DNA of 64,000 nucleotides from Flavobacteriaceae bacterium (GTDB lineage: Bacteria; Bacteroidota; Bacteroidia; Flavobacteriales; Flavobacteriaceae), in contig JANQMD010000055.1 in assembly GCA_028280265.1 (NCBI GenBank), positions 3,626 to 67,625 on the forward strand. The letters run 5' to 3'. Positions 55,001 to 61,275 of this stretch are shown in pieces. A program made the position numbers and the translations under genes. The notes beneath the pieces are model-generated. The model worked only from the letters and a program-made list of their open reading frames with translations, was not told where the DNA came from and did no database searches. How positions within the stretch are numbered: the first letter of the stretch is position 1; every line of letters starts with the position of its first letter.

Positions 55001-56117
55001 TACTGCTTATCATGAGCAGAAAATTTCTGTTGATTACTTAAATATCAAATACCAAACTAGTAGTTACAACAATCCGCCTATTGTCGTAATTACAGAGCCT
55101 GATGTAGATTTAAAACGTGGATTTAAAATTGTGAAGACCAAGAAAATAAGAGTAAGCGGAAAGGCCGCTGATAAAGATGGAATTTATGAAGTCCTTATCA
55201 ATGGCGTTGATGCTACGGTAAACGAAGATGGGACTTTCTATGCAAATGTTCCTCTGAAAATTGGTAGCAATGAACTCATTGTGAAAGCTACTGATATCAA
55301 ACAAGCCTCTTCTACCAAGACTTTTAGAATCAAAAGAAAATCACCTGATGTAGATAAAACAGACGTTGTAGTTACGAAGGTAGATAAGAAGTTGGATGTT
55401 GGTTTCGGTAAGTATTATGCGCTTTTAATTGGAGTCAGTGATTACAATGATGCCAGTAATGTCCCAGATCTAGAAGGGCTGCCTACTAAAGATGCGAAAG
55501 ACTTGAAAGATGTTCTAGTGGAACAATACAGTTTTGAGGAAGAAAATATCGTCTTGCTAAACAACAGTCCTACCGAGAATCAAATATTGCGCGAATTTGT
55601 AAAATTGAAGAAAAAAATAACCAATAAAGACAATGTATTGATCTTTTATGCAGGTCATGGTATTTATGACGAAGCTACGGAAACCGGTAGTTGGCTACCA
55701 TCAGATGCAGATCCAGAATACGGGTTGAACATGATTAGCAATTCAACGATCAAAGATTACATCAAAGGAATCAATTCTAAACACACGCTTCTTATTTCGG
55801 ATGCTTGCTTTAGTGGTTCTATTTTCAAAACACGTTCTTACAAAGCAGCACCTAAGTCGATTACAAGAAAGTTTGAGTTGCCCAGTAGAAAAGCTATTAC
55901 AAGTGGTACACTTAAGACAGTTCCCAATAAGAGTGTGTTCTTAAAATACTTGATAAATCGCCTCAAAAACAATCAGGAAGCTTATCTAACCGCTCGAAAA
56001 ATATTTGATCGGATAGAAGAACCTGTGATGAACAATAGTAAAAACGTTCCTCAATACGGAACCATACAAGAAGTGGGTGACGAAGGGGGTGATTTTATCT
56101 TCATCAGAAAAGAATAA
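52086..56117 (+). CDS. exported multidomain protein: 5 tandem ~198-aa jelly-roll/lectin-like repeats, an Ig-like domain and a C-terminal caspase-like (peptidase C14) domain
   Basis: Signal peptide MKRYLSLFILFSYTFINSSFS|Q. Five repeats span 52149-55054, an Ig-like segment ~55075-55340, and a caspase domain ~55410-56114 with His in IFYAGHG and Cys in LLISDACFSG. Starts 6 nt after the C1 peptidase gene. Confidence 0.85.
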   Translation: MKRYLSLFILFSYTFINSSFSQNYLYQEEFNSQGAWTKGNNELRELYVSNGKYYFEHKKTQGSRDVTTRTFYINFSKDFEIETSIQKISGVQDYGVSFLYDYKDSDNYTEFGYTATGYYRVARSANGSYSSIKSWATTSYLKKGNYATNKLKIKKSGNRITYYINGSYVYGMDFKKFKGSKIGFRLYRNQKVAIDYIRVKYISGSNTNTVTNTTSKTILFDGFNNNNNKWSQSNTSSVRLAVEGGDYLIDHKRDKGGWSSTIKKYINSSHNFRITAQIKKNSGIQDNGFGVTFGKKDNDNQNHFLISGDGAYKIVQYKNATRKYIKDWTSSTHIKKGNGQYNYLKVQKVGSAYKFYINSKLVHTSYSIKLYGDRVGFSVFDKQSIKVGYLSMMYEDGGTNTNTNIANTNSHVSRETIIFDGYTDNRNDWSISKNEKVDLDIRNGNYYFDHKRARGGWSSTMVKYIDTSRDFKILADIKKESGILNNGYGITFGRKDSNNQNLFYVNGNGSYSINKMKDGKDNFKREWASSSAIRKGNGGYNILKVVKVGSKLEYYINNTKVYTDYNPEFFGDRLGYILYDKQKISIAYLSVGYLDKKKSVVRNNDNTTDNISNYTYSNAGFHFSDQFTNNTNGWYTGSDEKRDFSIKNGKYYLKHKRNQKGWSAYQEQPIDTNRDFEIETKIDKISGINNYGYGLIFGKKGDSDFRFYISSNGYYKVARMVNNNEQVIKKWTTTSYVNTGNKKSNVLKVKKEKDYYKFYINGNYVYQTDFENFYGNDLGFVVYNNQEVAVDYVRVKYLSSNTSVVAKNKVLRLPLNESFSSNINNWSNDNLSNYTSDVSGGKLNIHRKKEGGIFISKDVDIDTNKDFIIETSISRQKTGASGLYGFTFGRKNSSNEFTFLISTNGSYMFRKFDHNKYNKIIPFTSNSAVKTGIGQANKIKIVKSGSLLRFYINGQYMNEAPFENFFGNKLGFTAYHEQKISVDYLNIKYQTSSYNNPPIVVITEPDVDLKRGFKIVKTKKIRVSGKAADKDGIYEVLINGVDATVNEDGTFYANVPLKIGSNELIVKATDIKQASSTKTFRIKRKSPDVDKTDVVVTKVDKKLDVGFGKYYALLIGVSDYNDASNVPDLEGLPTKDAKDLKDVLVEQYSFEEENIVLLNNSPTENQILREFVKLKKKITNKDNVLIFYAGHGIYDEATETGSWLPSDADPEYGLNMISNSTIKDYIKGINSKHTLLISDACFSGSIFKTRSYKAAPKSITRKFELPSRKAITSGTLKTVPNKSVFLKYLINRLKNNQEAYLTARKIFDRIEEPVMNNSKNVPQYGTIQEVGDEGGDFIFIRKE
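52149..55054 (+). repeat. five in-frame tandem coding repeats (period 576-615 nt)
   Basis: The anchor Trp codon of each unit lies at 52191, 52773, 53370, 53985 and 54561. Every unit ends with a (V/L)x(V/I)(K/G)Y(I/L) strand. Units 1 and 4 resemble each other most, as do units 2 and 3. Confidence 0.9.
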
Positions 56118-56217
56118 AGAATTTTCCTGAAGTGAGCTTCCCTTGTGAAAAATTCTTAGAAATATCTGACTTGTTTCATTTTATCAATAAATCAACATAG
56201 AAATTCTATTATTTAGA

Positions 56218-56319
56218 TCCCGAAACAATGCTTCGACACTTCGGTTACTCTCAGCGCAAGCCAGCTCAGCATGACAGTTCGGGGTGACATTTTCAGAGGT
56301 AATCAAGGCCTAGCCTTGA
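56218..56319. repeat. GC-enriched structured intergenic element
   Basis: CCCGAA (56219-56224) pairs with TTCGGG (56278-56283), enclosing direct repeats (CTTCG x2, CTCAGC x2) and GCTCAGCATGACA. A 7-bp hairpin TCAAGGC-cta-GCCTTGA follows at 56303-56319. This composition stands out from the AT-rich flanks. Confidence 0.4.
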
Positions 56320-56369
56320 TGAATTCTTTTCGATTAATTTAAGTATATTGTGTTCAAAATGATTCTTTC

Positions 56370-57191
56370 TTGAGCACACAGAAAAAACAAACCTCTTTAA
56401 AGCATCGCCTTCATGAAATCATTTACGAAGCCGATACGCCTTCTGGGAAACTCTTTGATGTAGTCTTACTCATTGCCATACTAGCGAGTATCTTATTTGT
56501 AATGCTAGAAAGTGTTCAAAGCATTAATGATACATATGGCGATTTATTAAATATTGCTGAATGGGTCATTACCATTCTCTTCTCTATTGAATATGTTTTG
56601 CGCATCATTTCCATCAACAAACCTTGGAAATACATCTTTAGTTTTTATGGCATCATAGACCTCTTGTCTACCATTCCAAAGTATGTATCACTGATCCTTG
56701 TAGGTAGCCATAATTTGGCCGCCTTAAGAGCCTTGAGGTTGTTACGTGTGTTTAGAATCTTGAAATTGGCACGATATATTGGAGAATCTAATCGACTTCT
56801 CTTGGCCCTAAGGGCCAGTAGAGCTAAAATTGCGGTCTTTCTATTCTTTGTCTTAATCCTCTGTATCATTTTAGGAACCGTCATGTATATGGTTGAAGGA
56901 GCCGAAAATGGGTTTACTAGCATTCCCAGAAGTGTCTATTGGGCTATTGTTACCCTAACAACCGTTGGATATGGTGATATTGCTCCTGGCACACCATTAG
57001 GTCAGCTAATTGCAAGTGTGATTATGATTTTGGGTTATGCAATTATTGCCATTCCTACTGGAATAGTAAGTTCAGAAATGGTCAGAGCGAAGATTCATAC
57101 CAATACCCAAGCTTGTCCAAATTGTTTGAAAGAAAATCATCAAGATGGAGCGGTTTTTTGTTATCATTGCGGTCACGAACTCAATGAATAA
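56370..57191 (+). CDS. 6-TM voltage-gated-type K+ channel with C-terminal zinc-ribbon tail
   Basis: S4 helix LRALRLLRVFRILKLARYI with a basic residue every third position. Selectivity filter TLTTVGYGD. Tail CPNCLKENHQDGAVFCYHCGH. TTG start. Confidence 0.85.
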   Translation: MSTQKKQTSLKHRLHEIIYEADTPSGKLFDVVLLIAILASILFVMLESVQSINDTYGDLLNIAEWVITILFSIEYVLRIISINKPWKYIFSFYGIIDLLSTIPKYVSLILVGSHNLAALRALRLLRVFRILKLARYIGESNRLLLALRASRAKIAVFLFFVLILCIILGTVMYMVEGAENGFTSIPRSVYWAIVTLTTVGYGDIAPGTPLGQLIASVIMILGYAIIAIPTGIVSSEMVRAKIHTNTQACPNCLKENHQDGAVFCYHCGHELNE

Positions 57192-58103
57192 ATGAAACCT
57201 TCTCAAAAGACTTTGATCACGGTTCTTGGCCCTACTGCTATTGGTAAAACTTCGCTTAGTATTGAGTTAGCCAAGCATTATAATACTGAGATTATTTCCT
57301 GTGATTCTAGGCAGTTTTATAAAGAAATGCGTATAGGTACAGCCGTCCCAGAACCTCATGAATTGGAAGCCATACCGCACCACTTCATTCAAAACAGAAG
57401 TATTTTTGAAGATTACAATGTCGGTGATTTCGAAAAAGACGCTCTGCTACTCCTAGAAGATTTGTTTCAAAAAAATGATGTTGTGATTATGGTCGGTGGA
57501 AGTGGTTTGTATGTAGATGCTGTTCTAAGGGGTTTTGATGAGTTTCCTAAGGTGGATCCCGAGATTCGTAAAAACTTACAAGTGCAACTTGAAAAAGAAG
57601 GTATAGAGTCACTTCAGCAACAATTGAAAACGTTAGATATCGATACCTATCAAAGTATCGCTCTAGACAACCCTCAACGTTTGACAAGAGCTCTAGAAAT
57701 CTGTATTGGAAGTGGTCAGCCCTATTCTAGTTTTAAAAACAAGGCAAAAAAGAGGCGAAATTTTCAATCGATTAAAGTCGGTTTGAAGGGTGAACGCCAG
57801 AAGATTTATGATCGTATTAATCTCCGCGTTGACATGATGGTGAAAGAAGGATTGATTGGAGAAGCAAAAAAATTGTATCCTCATAAAAATCTCAATGCAT
57901 TACAGACTGTAGGTTACAGAGAACTCTTTTCCTTTTTCAATGGAGACATCACAGAAGATTTTGCTATTGAAGAAATTAAGAAGAATACCCGAAGGTTTGC
58001 CAAAAGACAATTGACCTGGTTTCGAAAAGATGAAACCATCCTTTGGTTCGATTTTAAGACGACTCCTCAAACCATCATCGAATCCATTAAAGAAAAACTT
58101 TAA
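57192..58103 (+). CDS. miaA: tRNA dimethylallyltransferase
   Basis: P-loop GPTAIGKTSLSIELA, plus SCDSRQFYKEMRIGTA and RRFAKRQLTWFR. Confidence 0.95.
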   Translation: MKPSQKTLITVLGPTAIGKTSLSIELAKHYNTEIISCDSRQFYKEMRIGTAVPEPHELEAIPHHFIQNRSIFEDYNVGDFEKDALLLLEDLFQKNDVVIMVGGSGLYVDAVLRGFDEFPKVDPEIRKNLQVQLEKEGIESLQQQLKTLDIDTYQSIALDNPQRLTRALEICIGSGQPYSSFKNKAKKRRNFQSIKVGLKGERQKIYDRINLRVDMMVKEGLIGEAKKLYPHKNLNALQTVGYRELFSFFNGDITEDFAIEEIKKNTRRFAKRQLTWFRKDETILWFDFKTTPQTIIESIKEKL

Positions 58104-58171
58104 CTGTTTTTAAGACGATTATATTTTCGAGAGTCGTTCCCTTTTTTATCTTTGCGCAAAATATTAATTAT

Positions 58172-58690
58172 ATGAAGTTTAGAATATTAGTAGCTATTTT
58201 CTGTTTCGTGGGTGTTTTAGGAAATAGTCAAACAAAAGTAGGATCGGTTGACTCAGAACTTATCATTGGTTTGATGCCCGAAACCAAGCAAATGATGAAA
58301 AGATTAGGAGATTATGCAAAAAAATTGGATTCTTCCTATCAAGTGAAGTTACTAGACTATCAAAGCAAACTAGATGCCTACCAAAAATTGGGCGATGTTT
58401 CCGACAACTATAAAAAGCTAAAAGCAGACGAGATCAATGAAATGAATCAGGGATTGCAACAAAGCAAACAAAATGGGAATCAATTAATTCAATTGAAGAG
58501 AAATGAATTGATGAGACCTTTGTATAAGAAATTGACCGATGTAATTGCTGAAATATCGAAAGCTGAGGGCTACACACAAATTCTAACCACTTCAGGAAAT
58601 GAATTTGCTTATATCGATCCTAAATTTGATATCACTCAAAAAGTCATGGATAAATTGGGAGTTAAAATTCCCGAGGAAGACAAAAAATAA
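58172..58690 (+). CDS. OmpH/Skp-family periplasmic chaperone
   Basis: Signal peptide ...VLGNS|QT and a coiled-coil-rich 172-aa protein with the typical KVGSVDSELII start. Confidence 0.75.
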   Translation: MKFRILVAIFCFVGVLGNSQTKVGSVDSELIIGLMPETKQMMKRLGDYAKKLDSSYQVKLLDYQSKLDAYQKLGDVSDNYKKLKADEINEMNQGLQQSKQNGNQLIQLKRNELMRPLYKKLTDVIAEISKAEGYTQILTTSGNEFAYIDPKFDITQKVMDKLGVKIPEEDKK

Positions 58691-58696
58691 TCAAAC

Positions 58697-58726
58697 AAAA
58701 AAGAGAGCTTAATGGCTCTCTTTTTT
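58697..58726. terminator. bidirectional terminator
   Basis: A6-GAGAGC-ttaatg-GCTCTC-T6 between convergent genes. Confidence 0.85.
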
Positions 58727-58727
58727 G

Positions 58728-59534
58728 TTACAAATCTTTGGTATAGTAGTTATAATCTTTGATTACTCGGTCTATAAATTCTATATCGCTATTTTCTTCA
58801 GGCTTAATTTGAGTTACCTCAGCTATTTTAGTTCGTAGTTTAATCAATTTCTTGTAATCTCTTTTTGCTTTAGCTACCGTAAAAGTATCTTTAATGATTC
58901 TCATATCGTTATCTGTTAATTTGATAACATTCGGATACTTTGGAACATAATTCTCTTCTAACTCCTCCTCTATTGTTTTAGAAAATCGAGCATTGTCTTT
59001 TAAATCTACTACAATGGTATTAGCAATGAGATCTCCTACCCTTTGATTCTTTTTAGAAGTAGCTACACAGATAATTCCTACTAATTTTCCAACAAGAAAT
59101 AACATACCTAACAATGTTTCATTCGATATATCCATCGCCGTGGCATATACGACCAAAAGAAAAAACAAGTTAAAATCTACAATCCTCAAGAACCAGCGAA
59201 TGGTCAAGTCTAACTTAGAAGGCACATACCCATCCAGAGTAATTACTCTAATATTTAACAATTTTTTACCAATAGTCTGCCCTTTCATTAAGATTTCTGT
59301 GTACAAAGAGTATAAAATCACAGGAGACAATCCTAAAAATGACAAACTCATGAAAGACCAGTCATCTAGGTAAGAGCCAGATATCATGGGCTCTATTAAT
59401 TTAACATATATAAAATAGAAATACGCAATTTTTAAAACGTTATCAATAACAAATGCAAATATTCTTTGCATTTCGCTAGCCAATTTAAAATCTATAGAAA
59501 CATTTTGAGTCGTATTTATTTGGAGTGTCTGCAT
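58728..59534 (-). CDS. RDD-family membrane protein
   Basis: RIFAFVIDNVLKIAYFYFIY and GQTIGKKLLNIRVITLDG match the RDD domain pattern. Three TM segments plus a soluble C-terminal tail. Confidence 0.8.
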   Translation of the reverse strand: MQTLQINTTQNVSIDFKLASEMQRIFAFVIDNVLKIAYFYFIYVKLIEPMISGSYLDDWSFMSLSFLGLSPVILYSLYTEILMKGQTIGKKLLNIRVITLDGYVPSKLDLTIRWFLRIVDFNLFFLLVVYATAMDISNETLLGMLFLVGKLVGIICVATSKKNQRVGDLIANTIVVDLKDNARFSKTIEEELEENYVPKYPNVIKLTDNDMRIIKDTFTVAKAKRDYKKLIKLRTKIAEVTQIKPEENSDIEFIDRVIKDYNYYTKDL

Positions 59535-59557
59535 ACTTTTATTTATTTTAGCTACGT

Positions 59558-60523
59558 ATGAGAGAGATCGCTTTTATAAAGCAAAATAAAAAAAAATGGC
59601 TAGAGTTTGAGAAAATTATCTCAGAGAATCTAAAAAAAGATCCCGACGAAATTGCCGACCTGCATATCAAGATTATGAATGACTTGGCGTATGCCCAATC
59701 TTTTTATCCAAAAAGTAGAGTTGTTCCTTATCTTAACAAACTCGCAAAAAGTAGTTATTCAAAGGTGTATGATGTAAAAAGAAAGGACAAAAACCTAGTC
59801 TTTGATTTCTTTTTAGAAAAAGTGCCTCTTATATGTTACAAAAACCGCAAGTATATATACATCGCATTTATTGTCTTTTTTGTTTTCTTTTTTATAGGCC
59901 TGGTGTCCACTTTTAATGATGAAACATTTGCAAGGAAAGTATTAGGAGACTCCTATGTAAACGCTACCTTAGAAAACATTGAAAACGGAGATACTTTGGC
60001 TGTATACAAAGGTGGTAGTCATTGGGGCAGCTTTTTAGGTATTTTTTTTAATAATCTTCGTGTTGGTTTCCAAATGTTTATTTCTGGTCTTTTTGTTGGT
60101 TTTGGAACAGGTCTGTACATAACATACAACTCTATAATGGTCGCAGTATTTCAGGCTTTCTTTTATCAACAAAACACCTTGTGGGATAGTGTAAAAGGAA
60201 TTTGGATCCATGGAACTTATGAAATCTTTGGGATGATTATTGAATCTGCTGCTGGCTATATGATCGGAGCTAGTATTTTATTTCCAGGGACACTCAAAAG
60301 GTTTGAATCTTTTAAGATTGGGTTTAGAAATGCTTTTTATATTTTTATAAGTACCATTCCATTTACATTGGTTGCTGCTTTTTTAGAAGGTTATGTGACA
60401 AGATATTACAATACCATGCCTACATTCTTATGCTATGCGATTATTTTGTTTTGTTTCGTCACCATTTTCTATTACTACCTCGTTTTTCCATTCAAAGTAG
60501 CTAAAAAGCATGCCATATTATGA
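59558..60523 (+). CDS. SpoIIM-like (DUF95) integral membrane protein
   Basis: A cytoplasmic N-terminal helical region followed by TM segments, with the conserved IHGTYEIFGMIIESAAGYMIGASILFPG. Confidence 0.75.
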   Translation: MREIAFIKQNKKKWLEFEKIISENLKKDPDEIADLHIKIMNDLAYAQSFYPKSRVVPYLNKLAKSSYSKVYDVKRKDKNLVFDFFLEKVPLICYKNRKYIYIAFIVFFVFFFIGLVSTFNDETFARKVLGDSYVNATLENIENGDTLAVYKGGSHWGSFLGIFFNNLRVGFQMFISGLFVGFGTGLYITYNSIMVAVFQAFFYQQNTLWDSVKGIWIHGTYEIFGMIIESAAGYMIGASILFPGTLKRFESFKIGFRNAFYIFISTIPFTLVAAFLEGYVTRYYNTMPTFLCYAIILFCFVTIFYYYLVFPFKVAKKHAIL

Positions 60524-61269
60524 AAAGATTGAGTCACATATTGCTATCTCTTTTTATTTGCTATAGTGCTATAGCTCAAACAAGTTATGAGTTTGAAAAT
60601 TTAGGAAGTGAAACAAATGCCAATGCAAACTATCAACTCAAAGATAGTTTGTACAATAAAAACAAAGAATACACTGTAAAACGATCTATTGATGAAGTTT
60701 TAAAAGATAAATATACAGGTAAGCAATACGAGTATAAAGACGATTTAAAAGAAGAAAAAGAAGAAGTTCAACAAGTACACTCTAGTAGTTCAGGCATTGC
60801 CTTAGGGAAAGGGTTCTCTTTTTTTATGTCGGTAATTTTTCCAACTCTTTTGGTCGTTGTTGTTGTCCTGATTGTTCTTAAATATTTGATGAATATCAAT
60901 TTGATTTCATGGAAAAGAATTCCTAAAATCAAAGCCACAGTTTCGAAAAAAGAGAATGTAGAAGAAAATTTTGACGAAAGCGACTTTGAAGCTTTATTGA
61001 AGGAAGCGATTAAAAATCAGAATTATCGTTTAGCAATTCGTTATTACTATCTCACCCTCTTAAAAAAACTGAATCATAAAAAACTCATAGAGTATCATAA
61101 AGACAAAACCAATTCCGATTATCTTTTTGAGATTGAAGATCAAAAAATCCGATCAGAATTCTCTTATCTTTCATACGTGTATACCTATATATGGTATGGA
61201 GAATTTCAAATTAATAGGGAGAAGTTTCAGAGTATTCAGGTGAAGTATCAATCATTTTTAAAGAGATAA
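60520..61269 (+). CDS. DUF4129-like membrane protein
   Basis: Signal peptide ...YSAIA|QT, a mid-protein TM segment (FFMSVIFPTLLVVVVVLIVL), then a C-terminal helical domain (NYRLAIRYYYLTLLKKL...KDKTNSDYLFEI). Its ATG overlaps the upstream stop (ATGA). Confidence 0.6.
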   Translation: MKRLSHILLSLFICYSAIAQTSYEFENLGSETNANANYQLKDSLYNKNKEYTVKRSIDEVLKDKYTGKQYEYKDDLKEEKEEVQQVHSSSSGIALGKGFSFFMSVIFPTLLVVVVVLIVLKYLMNINLISWKRIPKIKATVSKKENVEENFDESDFEALLKEAIKNQNYRLAIRYYYLTLLKKLNHKKLIEYHKDKTNSDYLFEIEDQKIRSEFSYLSYVYTYIWYGEFQINREKFQSIQVKYQSFLKR

Positions 61270-61275
61270 AGTAAG

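Noticed and set aside
52366-55304. Several 60-100-aa ORFs on both strands inside the caspase-repeat gene
   Set aside because: They are alternative-frame or antisense products of a 1343-codon ORF with coherent repeat and domain structure.
50598-56117. Bacterial gasdermin-caspase pyroptosis-like system
   Set aside because: The gene next to the caspase-like protease is a signal-peptide-bearing C1 peptidase, not a ~250-300-aa gasdermin. Both proteins are predicted to be exported, whereas gasdermin systems are cytoplasmic.
56229-56288. 19-codon ORF (MLRHFGYSQRKPAQHDSSG) inside the GC-rich intergenic element
   Set aside because: It coincides with a structured repeat-like element, and I saw no supporting start context. 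It is more likely non-coding.
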